DNA from: Stegostoma tigrinum
Taxonomy: Eukaryota
Assembly (NCBI RefSeq): GCF_030684315.1
Contig: NC_081372.1
Span: 51,370,987-51,434,986 of the forward strand
Length of the DNA: 64,000 nt
Direction: 5' to 3'
The notes under the pieces were generated by a model. That model searched no databases, was not told the DNA's origin, and worked only from the letters and a program-made list of their open reading frames with translations. Of the stretch, positions 1 through 11,839 are shown one piece after another. Numbering within the stretch: the stretch's first letter is position 1; every line of letters starts with the position of its first letter. A program made the translations under genes and the position numbers.

Positions 1-319
1 CTAGATGTCATGCACGAACACATGTGGAAATAGCTTCATAAACCTCACATTTGAACTCACCTGTTTCATCCAAAAATGATACAGTTCGCACACAATGTCT
101 CAAATTTCTCAAGACCTGAATTCAATAGTGTGCCCTCTGCTCTGAAAGCAATTACAAATAATTTGTCATTATCACCTTGAATTATGTTCAATTGGTAATG
201 GCTTCCCTTTCATTCCAATGATAATATTGAATCACACTTTGTGCTCTTCCACAATTTTGTTCGTGACAGTTTTGTTTTCTGAAAATCTTCTGTTGATATT
301 CTCTACTTATGTTCCCCAT

Positions 320-706
320 CGCGTTTTACATGGATAAGTGTGTTGCTGACAACGACTGCATTGTTGTCCATGCCTAATTTGACTTGAATGGAGTTGTTTG
401 TTCAGTAATTTCAGAGTGCAGTTACAAATCAGACAGCGTTCCACTGGTCTGGATATATATTCAGGCCAGCAAGATAAGGATGGCAGATTGTCTTCCTTGA
501 AGGAGACAAGTGAACCACATAGGTTTTCACAACAACCTCTCAGACTTTTCACTATCATCAACGACATCAGTTTTATGCTGCAGATGTATTGATTGAGTTT
601 TCTATTTCACTAGCTCACCGGATGAGATTTGAAAGTTTGTTCTTGGAGCATCAGCAGGATCCACTGGCTCACTCGTCTGGGACATTTCTATTATGCTACT
701 ATCTCC
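320..706 (-). mobile_element. Decayed DeuSINE (SacSINE1-like) in intron 4; copies at about 5385-5771, 10449-10835, 15974-16360, 42060-42431 and 61400-61548
   Basis: The reverse complement has a tRNA-like head and a Deu-domain-like core (ggttcacttgtctccttcaaggaagacaatctgccatcctta). Recognised from memory. Confidence 0.6.
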
Positions 707-1261
707 CTGAAGTGAAAACATGCTGTCTGTCCACATTTTCAAAACATCTGTGAGTATTGCAACTATCTATGGATCACCGTTTAGTCTTCTTTGTTGAAGG
801 AAAAATACTCTCAACTGTTCATACTTTCCTGCTGTGTGAAGCTGAGGATTTTTAGCCTCAACCTGGTAAATCCTCAAAGAAGTGTCTCCAGGCGACTCTT
901 ATATCTTTTCGTATAAGATCATGAAAGGTGCACCATGTCACATGCAATGTAAATGAAACAAATTTCAATACATTTTTGCCAGTTGCGAGTCCCGCTGGAA
1001 ATGTTCTAGGAACAAATATTTCCACACTTCTACCTCACTTTGGATATGAAGAAGTGATATTGAGGTGAAAACACAGATTCTTTTTTTCTTCTCTAGATAT
1101 TTGGTGTTAAAGCGAGTGACATCAATGATTCTCATTATTATTTCGTATTTTCAGCTTCTGAAGTATTTTGCATAATTGATATACATGTTTGCTACAATGG
1201 TTTATTTACATGAACCAAAAGGCAAAATCACCTTTGTGTCAACAGATCAGGTGGCTGCTAT

Positions 1262-1435
1262 TTCATTCGAGAGAGATGATTGGTGGTGACTTCGACCAGA
1301 GGGTCACTGTGACTGAGGTGAGTGTTGAGGGGAGTCGTACACGGTCACCTGAGGTGGTGTAGGAATTAAACCCACACTATTGTTTATGCTCTCCCTTGCA
1401 AAGTAGCTAAACAGGCAACTTAGCTAATTGGCCCC
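1262..1435 (-). mobile_element. tRNA-derived SINE fragment in intron 4; copies at about 6327-6500, 11391-11564 and 16917-17088
   Basis: Reverse complement: ggggccaattagctaagttg (A-box-like) ... gtgggtttaattcc (B-box-like). Confidence 0.5.
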
Positions 1436-1596
1436 GTACCCTACATTTCCTTGAAGCAGGGATGTTTTTCTGATTGCTTTGCTGATCTTTTAGAAACTTG
1501 TTTCTTTTTCAATACATACAACGGAGAATCAACAAACTCAAAATAGAATTGCTGCGCGATCATGTTTATACCAGTCATGGAGAAGGTTAAACTCAC

Positions 1597-1711
1597 CCAT
1601 CCAATACACGAAAGAATTCTGCAATGTCTTTGTCAGACTTTCCTTTCACTTCTTCTCTCCTCTGCCTCGCCATCGTCACCAAGAATTCGTCAAAATCAAT
1701 GGTGCCGCTAC
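1597..1711 (-). CDS. TNNC2: Troponin C (TNNC2-like) exon 4, copy A; exons 5-6 would lie left of the window
   Basis: tag|GT...GG|gtgagt, 115 nt, phase 1-2. Translates [38 protein letters not shown], against TNNC2 [38 protein letters not shown]. Confidence 0.88.
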
Positions 1712-2269
1712 CTAAGACCACACTCAGTTGTAAGCTCTGTCCATTGCTAAGCATGAATATTTGTGAACCCAACGATATTTGAAGAGAAACTGCTAATGTT
1801 TAAGCTGCATGTTACTCCTTTTGAGACCAATTGCAATCTGAGATTTGACAATCTTTGGGACACCCAAGATATTAGTCAAACATGTAAAGGAGAAAACTGT
1901 TGTGTACTAAGTCGTGAAGATATGAAATAATTTACAACTAGATTTAGAATCTTTTTTATCATGTGTACTCAAGTACAGTATTACAGGCGTACAGTGAAAA
2001 TGTACAACATTGCAACACATGTCGCATTTCTGGATCAAAGGTAGTTGCGCCCAAAAAATGTAGGTACAAATTAGTAACTGAAAAAGAGTTAAAAAGTTAA
2101 GCATTACCTTCAGATAGCAAGTAGAAAAATAAAGAATAAAGGTCATAGTTAACATTACAGATCTTCTTAATTTAGTCTAGAAAGTAGAACAGCTTTTTTA
2201 CCTCCTGTAATTTTCTTATCTGCTCCAGAAGGAATCGTCGAAGAAATAACTTCACAGAGTAAAATTAGA

Positions 2270-2530
2270 CACAACACAATTTGGATTCTGCTGTACATTG
2301 GAACGATCAAACACACAAACTGGAAGACCATTTTGCCGAGCACTTCAACGCAGCTGGTAAGAATGTCCCTGTGCTTTCTTTGATTTGTCATTTTAATTGC
2401 CCATGATGCTCTCTGGCTGACATTGACTTGGCCTGCTGCACTGTTCCAAGGAAGGTCAAGGTAACAAACTGTGCCTTGTCTTTCAATAAGGCATTTTATA
2501 GCTGCATGGGTTCCAACTGTTCATTCCATT
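2270..2530 (+). mobile_element. Ancient Penelope GIY-YIG remnant; copies at about 7335, 12405, 18375 and 43730
   Basis: ctgtacattgga...gaccattttgccgagcac matches LYIG..DHFAEH; ORF 43739 reads HRLEDHFAEHF. Confidence 0.65.
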
Positions 2531-3034
2531 TCACAGAGTGCTTCATTTTGTTTCCAAATCTTTCGTTTTGAATGCTTGTTCAGTAAAGGTGCACACCTGC
2601 TTCAGGCACATTTTGGTTTATTTGTTTGATTTCTTGCCCCAAATCAATTTGCTTTGGCCCCAGAAGACCGACTCTTCTGTCATCAATTTTGCCTGTCTTC
2701 CATTGCATCACAGATCTTTCTTTTGCACGAAAGATGGCCGGGTGGAGAACTAAAATGACAGGCCTCTGAAATCTGCAAGATGAAAGAATGAAGGCCCCCA
2801 TTGAAAGCCCAGCAAAGAAAATGCGTTTGGAATTTTCATGATTCCATCACCCTGTGAGACTTCTTCACCTCCCCGTGCCAACTTCCAGATTCTGTGAGTG
2901 CCTGCCTCGAGATAAGAAATTTCCTCCAAGCAGTCTGGTCTTGATATCTGCCCAGCACGTAGATAAATATATAGCAAGGTACGATCTCCTGGACGCGCCT
3001 ACGATTCACGTGTGACTGTTTTGGTTGAATATCT

Positions 3035-3293
3035 TGAGCCACTGCCATCCATTTAGTGCAAGTCAGCTCACAATGTCTGCATGGCGGGAGTACCGGGTAT
3101 GTGAAACAAAGTCATGGTGAATTTGGAGTACTAATTCCAAGTCAGGATGGTGAGTGTCATGGAGGGGAATGTGCAGGTGGTGGTGTTCCCATGTACTTGC
3201 TGCCGTTCTACTTCCAGGTGGTAATGTTCATGGGATAAGCATATTTTTTCGCCAGAACCTTGGTGAATTTCTGTGTTGCATCTTGTAAATGGT
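3035..3293 (-). mobile_element. CR1/L2-type LINE 3' fragment cut by the array junction; longer copies at about 19180-19670 and 44960-45440
   Basis: ccaagtcaggatggtgagt...ggaggggaatgtgcaggtggtggtgttcccatg is present in every unit; family assigned from memory. Confidence 0.5.
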
Positions 3294-3400
3294 GCTGAAT
3301 GTATTGTTGCACTACTTGATCCTTGATTTCATTTTTGTGTCTCATACTTGAAATTGTGTGAGGCAATTGCCATCTCATTTTGTCTATAACACTAACTGTT

Positions 3401-3740
3401 GCACAGTGGATCAGTGGTTGATACTGCTTCCTCACAGTGACAGAGAGCTGGGTGCAATTCCACCCTTGGCCAACTGTCTGCGTGGAATTTGCACATTCTC
3501 CCTTCGTGCTCATGGGTTTACTCTGGCTACTGCATTTTCTTCCCGTAGACCAAAGATGAGCCTGTTAGTGAACAAACCATGCTTAATTGCCCATGGTATC
3601 TTGGGGAGGGTAGACTAGATGAATAAGCCATGGGAGATGCATGGTTACAAGGATAGAGGAGGGTGAGGGATGCTCTTTGGAGGGTTGGTGTGGACTTGAT
3701 GGACTAAGTAGACTGTTTCCACAATGTAAGGATTCTATGA
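3401..3740 (+). mobile_element. HE1-like V-SINE 3' of the cassette; copies at 8465-8804, 13521-13855, 14003-14342, 40088-40424 and 59742-60070
   Basis: tRNA-like head (cagtggtt...gcctcacag...ggttcaattcc), V-domain tggagtttgcacattctccc, and tail gggattctatga. Confidence 0.85.
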
Positions 3741-4338
3741 TAAAATGTAATGGTGCAATGGTTTACTCATAACAATCATTTCAGTGAACTGTCACCAAGT
3801 GCAGCTTGTTGTGCTATAGACTGTGCTGTGATTCAGTGTGAAGCATTCTTGTGTGTGAATTCAAATTTGTAGTTTCCAATCTGACACTGACAGCAGCTGA
3901 TTAATGTGCAGTGAATGGCAGTGATAATGTTGCACTTTAAGATAATTTGTCATTTGGATGACAGCCGTCATCTGTGGATCCTGGGGTATGATTTGAAAGG
4001 AGAGCTGGAGAGGCCAATATTTATTCTTCATAATATCACAAAAGTGGCTTATCTACGAATGTAGAATTTGCTGTGTGCAGGTTGTTGACGAAGTATTCTT
4101 CATGAAGTGTTGAATACCCTTTGAAAATACTTCACTATTTATATGACTATCGAGATATGCTGTGTTCATTAGAGATGTGCCATGTCAAGAAAATGTTTTT
4201 GCTGCCAATATATAGAAACTGCTTTTTCACTTTCTCATTTGATTTTGTTGCCTGCTGGAAATAGAGGATAAATATCCAGAGAATCCCTGTCACTCACAAG
4301 TGAAACGCAACAACTGGGTGGAAAAAATTGGCATTAAC

Positions 4339-4344
4339 TTTATT
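4339..4344 (-). promoter_or_regulatory. Putative polyadenylation signal AATAAA of copy B (also 9403-9408, 14937-14942, 41016-41021)
   Basis: TTTATT on the plus strand about 280 nt past each stop codon, at the same position in four copies, followed by U/GU-rich sequence. Confidence 0.6.
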
Positions 4345-4624
4345 AGGAAATGGTTTTGAATAAATTGTGCAGCGTTCCAGGCTGAGAGGAAAATCACTGA
4401 GCGTTTCATACATATGCGATTGCTTCTTCCTCACAAAGAGAGAATTACAGCAGCTATGAAGTTCTTTGCTATATATGTACCTCCAGTCCTGTCAATCAGA
4501 TTTTGAATTCTTTGCAATCATTGAGTGTATTTCAGATGTCTAGGCAGTTGATCGGAGAAGGGTGACGACACACAGGTCATGAAATTGTTGTATCACAGTG
4601 GGTTGCTGAGGGATGTTGGCTGTT

Positions 4625-4656
4625 TTACTGGTCATTCTTCAACAACTTCGACCATT
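4625..4656 (-). CDS. TNNC2: Troponin C-like terminal exon 6, copy B
   Basis: tacag|AA TGG TCG...CAG TAA = [10 protein letters not shown], 32 nt as in TNNC2 (EFLKMMEGVQ*). Confidence 0.85.
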
Positions 4657-4755
4657 CTGTAAAGGGTGGAAGACATTTGATTGAAAGCAGACATAGTTTA
4701 AATACTCAGTAATAAACCCACACAATATCGCTAATTTTTAAACATTTGCACATAC

Positions 4756-4892
4756 CATCCAAGTCAAGTTTGCCATCAGTGTTCTTGTCCCACTCCCTGA
4801 TGAGTTCATGAACTTCCTCCTCTGTAACATGCTCCCCAGCAGCCATGATGGCAATATGCAGCTCAGAACAATCGATGAAGCCGTCAGCATGG
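4756..4892 (-). CDS. TNNC2: Troponin C-like exon 5, copy B (EF-hands III/IV)
   Basis: ctag|C...G|gtatgt, 137 nt. [45 protein letters not shown]. Confidence 0.88.
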
Positions 4893-6661
4893 CTAGAGTC
4901 ATCAAGAAAAGTATGAAAGTCCCCAATCCAGCAATGTTATCTGCCTTACCAAAATAGAAGTTGAGAAAAGATCATATCCATCTAATTTCACTTTCTTTCT
5001 GTCTGGAAGTTTACATTATTTAATCTCATCAGGTAATCCAATTTAAAAACTGGCTTATAACAAATCTAGATGTCATGCACGAACACATGTGGAAATAGCT
5101 TCATAAACCTCACATTTGAACTCACCTGTTTCATCCAAAAATGATACAGTTCGCACACAATGTCTCAAATTTCTCAAGACCTGAATTCAATAGTGTGCCC
5201 TCTGCTCTGAAAGCAATTACAAATAATTTGTCATTATCACCTTGAATTAAGTTCAATTGGTAATGGCTTCCCTTTCATTCCAATGATAATATTGAATCAC
5301 ACTTTGTGCTCTTCCACAATTTTGTTCGTGACAGTTTTGTTTTCTGAAAATCTTCTGTTGATATTCTCTACTTATGTTCTCCATCGCGTTTTACGTGGAT
5401 AAGTGTGTTGCTGACAACGACTGCATTGTTGTCCATGCCTAATTGCACTTGAATGGGGTTGCTTGTTCAGTAATTTCAGAGTGCAGTTACAAATCAGACA
5501 GCGTTCCACTGGTCTGGATATATATTCAGGCCAGCAAGGTAAGGATGGCAGATTGTCTTCCTTGAAGGAGACAAGTGAACCACATAGGTTTTCACAACAA
5601 CCTCTCAGACTTTTCACTATCATCAACGACATCAGTTTTATGCTGCAGATGTATTGATTGAGTTTTCTATTTCACTAGCTCACCGGATGAGATTTGAAAG
5701 TTTGTTCTTGGAGCATCAGCAGGATCCACTGGCTCACTCGTCTGGGACATTTCCATTATGCTACTGTCTCCCTGAAGTGAAAACATGCTGTCTATCCACA
5801 TTTTCAAAACATCTGTGAGTATTGCAACTATCTATGGATCACTGTTTAGACTTCTTTGTTGAAGGAAAAATACTCTCAACTGTTAATACTTTCCTGCTGT
5901 GTGAAGCTGAGGATTTTTAGCCTCAACCTGGTAAATCCTCAAAGAAGTGTCTCCAGGCGACTCTTATATCTTTTCGTATAAGATCATGAAAGGTGCACCA
6001 TGTCACATGCAATGTAAATGAAACAAATTTCAACACATGTTTGCCAGTTGCGAGTCCCGCTAGAAATGTTCTAGGAACAAATGTTTCCACACTTCTACCT
6101 CACTTTGGATATGACAAAGTTATATTGAGCTGAAAACACAGACTCTTTTTCACTTCTCTAGATAGATGGTGTTAAAGCGAGTGACATTAATGATTCTCAT
6201 TATTATTTCATATTTTCAGCTTCTGAAGTATTTTGTATAATTGATATACTTATTTGCTACAATGGTTTATTTACATGAACCAAAAGGCAAAATCATCTTT
6301 GTGTCAACATATCAGGTGGCTGCTACTTCATTAGAGAGAGATGATTGGTGGTGACTTCGACCAGAGGGTCACTGTGACTGAGTTGAGTGTTGAGGGGAGT
6401 CATTCACGGTAACCTGAGGTGGTGTAGGAATTAAACCCACACTATTGTTTATGCTCTCCCTTGCAAAGTAGCTAAACAGGCAACTTAGCTAGTCGGCCCC
6501 GTACCCTACATTTCCTTGAAGCAGGGATGTTTTTCTGATTGCTTTGCTGATCTTTTCGGAACTTGTCACTTTTTCAATACATACAATGGAGAATCAACAA
6601 ACTCAAAATAGAATTGCTGCGCTATCATGTTTATATCAGTCATGTAGAATCTCAAACTCAC

Positions 6662-6776
6662 CTATCAAATACACGAAAGAATTCTGCGATGTCTTTGTCA
6701 GACTTTCCTTTCACTTCTTCTCTCATCTGCCTCGCCAACGTCACCAAGAACTCTTCAAAATCAATGGTGCCGCGAC
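6662..6776 (-). CDS. TNNC2: Troponin C-like exon 4, copy B
   Basis: 115 nt, AG/GT bounded. [38 protein letters not shown] (visible inside ORF 6658..6840). Confidence 0.9.
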
Positions 6777-9688
6777 CTAAGACCACACTCAGTTGTAAGC
6801 TCTGTCCATTGTTAAACATGAATATTTGTGAACCAAACAATTTTTGAAGAGAAACTGCAAATGTTTTAGCTGCATGTTACCCTTTTTGAGACCAATTGCA
6901 ATCTGAGATTTGACTATCTTTGGGACACCCAAGATATCAGTCAAACGTGAAATGGAGAAAACTGTTGCGTACTAAATCGTGAAGATATGAAATAATTTAC
7001 AATTAGATTTAGAATTTTTTTATCATGTGTACTCAAGTACAGTATTACAAGAGTACAGTGAAAATGTACAACATTGCCATGCGTGTCCCATTTCTGGATC
7101 AAACGTAGTTGTGCCCAAAAAATGTAAGTACAAATTAGTAACTGAAAAAGAGTTAAAAAGTTAAGCATTACCTTCAGATAGCAAGTAGAAAAATAAAGAA
7201 TAAAGGTCATAGTTAACATTACAGATCTTCTTAATTTAGTCTAGAAAGTAGAACAGCTTTTTAACCTCCAGTATTTTTCTTATCTGCTCCAGAAGGAATC
7301 GTCGAAGAAATAACTTCACAGAGTAAAATTAGACACAACACAATTTGGATTCTGCTGTACATTGGAACGATCAAACGCACAAACTGGAAGACCATTTTGC
7401 CGAACACTTCAACGCAGCTGGTAAGAATGTCCCTGTGCTTTCTTTGACGTGTCACTTAAATTGCCCATGATGCTCTCTGTCTGACATTGACTTGGCCTGC
7501 TGCACTGTTCCAAGGAAGGTCAAGGTAACAAACTGTGCCTTGTCTTTCAATAAGGCATTTTATAGCTGCATGGGTTCCAACTGTTCATTCCATTTCACAG
7601 AGTGCTCCATTTTGTTTCCAAATCTTTCGTTTTGAATGCTTGTTCAGTGAAGGTGCACACCTGCTTCAGGCACATTTTGGTTTATTTGTTTGCTTTCTTG
7701 CCCCAAATCAATTTGCTTTGGCCCCAGAAGACCGACTCTTCTGTCATCAATTTTGCCTGTCTTCCATTGCATCACAGATCTTTCTTTTGCACGAAAGATG
7801 GCCGGGTGGAGAACTAAAATGTCAGGCCTCTGAAATCTGCAAGATGAAAGAATGAAGGACCCCATTGAAAGCCCAGCACAGGAAATGCGTTTGGAATTTT
7901 CATGATTCCATCACCCTGTGAGACTTCTTCACCTCCCCGTGCCAACTTCCAGATTCTGTGAGTGCCTGCCTCGAGATAAGAAATTTCCTCCAAGCAGTCT
8001 GGTTTTGATATCTGTCCAGCACGTAGATAAATATATCGCAAGGTACGATCACCTGGACGTGCCTACGATTCACGTGTGACTGTTTTGGTTGAATATCTTG
8101 AGCCACTGCCATCCAATTAGTGCAAGTCAGCTCACAATGTCTGCATGGCGGGAGTACCGGGTATGTGAAACAAAGTCATGGTGAATTTGGAGATCTAATT
8201 CCAAGTCAGGATGGTGAGTGTCATGGAGGGGAATGTGCAGGTGGTGGTGTTCCCATGTACTTGCTGCCGTTCTACTTCCAGGTGGTAATGTTCATGGGAT
8301 AAGCATATTTTTTCGCCAGAACCTTGGTGAATTTCTGTGTTGCATCTTGTAAATGGTGCTGAATGTATTGTTGCACTACTTGATCCTTGATTTCATTTTT
8401 GTGTCTCATACTTGAAATTGTGTGAGGCAATTGCCATCTCATGTTGTCTATAACACTAACTGTTGCAGAGTGGATCAGTGGTTGGTACTGCTTCCTCACA
8501 GTGACAGAGAGCTGGGTGCAATTCCACCCTTGGCCAACTGTCTGCGTGGAATTTGCACATTCTCCCTGCGTGTACATGGGTTTGCTCTGGCTACTGCATT
8601 TCCTTCCCGTAGACCAAAGATGAGCCTGTTAGTGAACAAACCATGCTTAATTGCCCATGGTATCTTGGGGAGGGTAGACTAGATGAATAAGCCATGGGAG
8701 ATGCATGGTTACAAGGATAGAGGAGGGTGAGGGATGCTCTTTGGAGGGTTGGTGTGGACTTGATGGACTAAGTAGACTGTTTCCACAATGTAAGGATTCT
8801 ATGATAAAATGTAATGGTGCAATGGTTTACTCATAACAATCATTTCAGTGAACTGTCACCAAGTGCAGCTTGTTGTGCTATAGACTGTGCTGTGATTCAG
8901 TGTGAAGCATTCTTGTGTGTGAATTCAAATTTGTAGTTTCCAATCTGACACTGACAGCAGCTGATTAATGTGCAGTGAATGGCAGTGATAATGTTGCACT
9001 TTAAGATAATTTGTCATTTGGATGACAGCCGTCATCTGTGGATCCTGGGGTATGATTTGAAAGGAGAGCTGGAGAGGCCAATATTTATTCTTCATAATAT
9101 CACAAAAGTGGCTTATCTACGAATGTAGAATTTGCTGTGTGCAGGTTGTTGACGAAGTATTCTTCATGAAGTGTTGAATACCCTTTGAAAATACTTCTCT
9201 ATTTATATGACTATCGAGACATGCTGTGTTCTTGAAAGATGTGCCATGTCAAGAAAATGGTTTTGCTGCCAAAATATATAAACTGCTTTTTCACTTTCTC
9301 ATTTAATATTGTTGCCTGCTGGAAATAGAGGGTAAATATCCAGAGAATCCCTGTCTATCACAAGTGAAATGCAACAACTGGGTGGAAAAAATTGGCATTA
9401 ACTTTATTAGGAAATGGTTTTGAATAAATTGTGCAGCGTTCCAGGCTGAGAGAAAAATCACTGAGCGTTTCATACATATGCGATTGCTTCTTCCTCACAA
9501 AGAGAGAACTACAGCAGCTATGAAGCTCTTTGCTATATATGTACCTCCAGTCCTGTCAATCAGATTTTGAATTCTTTGCAATCATTGTGTGTATTTCAGA
9601 TGTCTCGGCAGTGATTCGGAGAAGGGTGACGACACACAGGTCATGAAATTGTTGTATCACAGTGGGTTGCTGAGGGATGTTGGCTGTT

Positions 9689-9720
9689 TTACTGGACATT
9701 CTTCAACAACTTCGACCATT
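9689..9720 (-). CDS. TNNC2: Troponin C-like exon 6, copy C
   Basis: [10 protein letters not shown], 32 nt, cag acceptor. Confidence 0.85.
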
Positions 9721-9819
9721 CTGTAAAGGGTGGAAGACATTTGATTTAAAGCAGACACAGTTTAAATACTCAATAATAATCCCACACAATATCGCTAATT
9801 TTTAAAAATTAGCACATAC

Positions 9820-9956
9820 CATCAAAGTCATGTTTGCCATCACTGTTCTTGTCCCACTCCCTGATGAGTTCATGTGCTTCCTCCTCTACAACACGCTCCC
9901 CAGCAACCATGATGGCAATATGCAGCTCAGAACAATCGATGAAACCGTCAGCATGG
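9820..9956 (-). CDS. TNNC2: Troponin C-like exon 5, copy C
   Basis: 137 nt, AG/[47 protein letters not shown]. Confidence 0.87.
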
Positions 9957-11724
9957 CTAGAGTCATCAAGAAAAGTATGAATGTCCCCAATCCAGCAATG
10001 TTATCTACCTTACCAAAATAGAAGTTGAGAAAAGATCATATCCATCTAATTTCACTTTCTTTCTGTCTGGAAGTTTACATTATTTAATCTCATCAAGTAA
10101 TCCAATTTAATCACAGGCGTACAACAAATCTAGACATCATGCACGAACATACGAGGAAAAAGCTTCATAAACCTCACATCTGAACTCACCTGGTTCATCC
10201 AAAAATGATACAGTTCGCACACAATGTCTCAAATTTCTCAAGACCTGAATTCAATAGTGTGCCCTCTGCTCTGAAAGCAATTACAAATGATTTGTCATTA
10301 TCACCTTCGATTGTGTTCAAATGGAAATGGCTTCCCTTTCATTCCAATGATAATAATGAATCACACTTTCTGTTCTTCCACAATTTTTTTCGTGACAGTT
10401 TTGTTTTCTGAAAATCTTCTGTTGATATTCTCTACTTATGTTCTCCATCGCGTTTTACATGGATAAGTGTGTTGCTGACAAGGACTGCATTGTTGTCCAT
10501 GCCTAATTGCACTTGAATGGAGTTGTTTGTTCAGTAATTTCAGAGTGCAGTTACAAATCAGACAGCGTTCCACTGGTCTGGATATATATTCAGGCCAGCA
10601 AGGTAAGGATGGCAGATTGTCTTCCTTGAAGGAGACAAGTGAACCACATAGGTTTTCACAACAACCTCTCAGACTTTTCACTATCATCAACGACATCAGT
10701 TTTATGCTGCAGATGTATTGATTGAGTTTTCTATTTCACTAGCTCACCGGATGAGATTTGAAAGTTTGTTCTTGGAGCATCAGCAGGATCCACTGGCTCA
10801 CTCGTCTGGGACATTTCCATTATGCTACTATCTCCCTGAAGTGAAAACATGCTGTCTATCCACATTTTCAAAACATCTGTGAGTATTGCAACTATCTACG
10901 GATCACCCTTTAGACTTTTTTGTTGAAGGGAAAATAGTCTCAACTGTTAATACTTTCCTGATGTGTGAAGCTGAGGATTTTTAGTCTCAACCTGGTAAAT
11001 CCTCAAAGAAGTGTCTCCAGGCAACTCTTATATCTTTTCGTATGAAATCATGAAAGGTGCACCATGTCACATGCAATGTAAATGAAACAAATTTCAACAC
11101 ATGTTTGCCAGTTGCGAGTCCCGCTAGAAGTGTTCTAGGAACAAATGTTTCAACACTTCTACCTCACTTTGGATATGAAGAAGTTATATTGAGCTGAAAA
11201 CACAGACTCTTTTTCACTTCTCTGGATAGATGGTGTTAAAGCGAGTGACATTAATGATTCTCATTATTATTTCATATTTTCAGCTTCTGAAGTATTTTGT
11301 ATAATTGATATACATGTTTGCTGCAAAGGTTTATTTACATGAACCAAAAGGTAAATTCACCTTTGTGTCAACATATCAGGTGGCTGCTATTTCATGAGAG
11401 AGAGATGATTGGTGGTGACTTCGACCAGAGGGTCACTGTGACTGAGGTGAGTGTTGAGGGGAGTCATTCACGGTAACCTGAGGTGGTGTAGGAATTAAAC
11501 CCACACTATTGTTTATGCTCTCCCTTGCAAACCAGCTAACCAGGCAACTGAGCTAATTGGCCCCGTACCCTACATTTCCTTGAAGCAGGGATGTTTTTCT
11601 GATTGCTTTGCTGATCTTTAAGAAAGTTGTCTCTTTTTCAATACATTCAACGAGAATCAACAAACTCAAAATAGAATTGCTGCGCTCTCATGTTTATATC
11701 AGTCATGTAGAACCTCAAACTCAC

Positions 11725-11839
11725 CCATCAATTACACGAAAGAATTCTGCGATGTCTTTGTCAGACTTTCCTTTCACTTCTTCTCTCATCTGCCTCCCCG
11801 TCATCACTTGAAACCTTTCATAGTCAATGGTGCCACTAC
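11725..11839 (-). CDS. TNNC2: Troponin C-like exon 4, copy C (chimeric)
   Basis: 115 nt, AG/[40 protein letters not shown]. Confidence 0.87.

Noticed and set aside
307-592. Recurrent 86-aa and 64-aa ORFs (also near 5372, 10436 and 15961)
   Set aside because: They lie within a SINE remnant and recur only because of the tandem duplication
2750-3048. ORFs upstream of exon 4 as a possible novel first exon
   Set aside because: No convincing donor or homology; the segment is degraded in D and largely replaced in E
3401-3475. tRNA genes at the A/B-box motifs
   Set aside because: They are SINE heads followed by a V-domain and LINE-like tail; no intact cloverleaf
6658-6840. Calmodulin assignment for the EF-hand exons
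   Set aside because: The KGKS linker, GEHVT motif, exon sizes 115/137/32 and the ...VQ* end match troponin C
1-10130. Units 1-2 as an assembly-duplicated haplotype
   Set aside because: Four units with unit-specific insertions and clustered differences argue for real paralogues, although only long reads can fully exclude it
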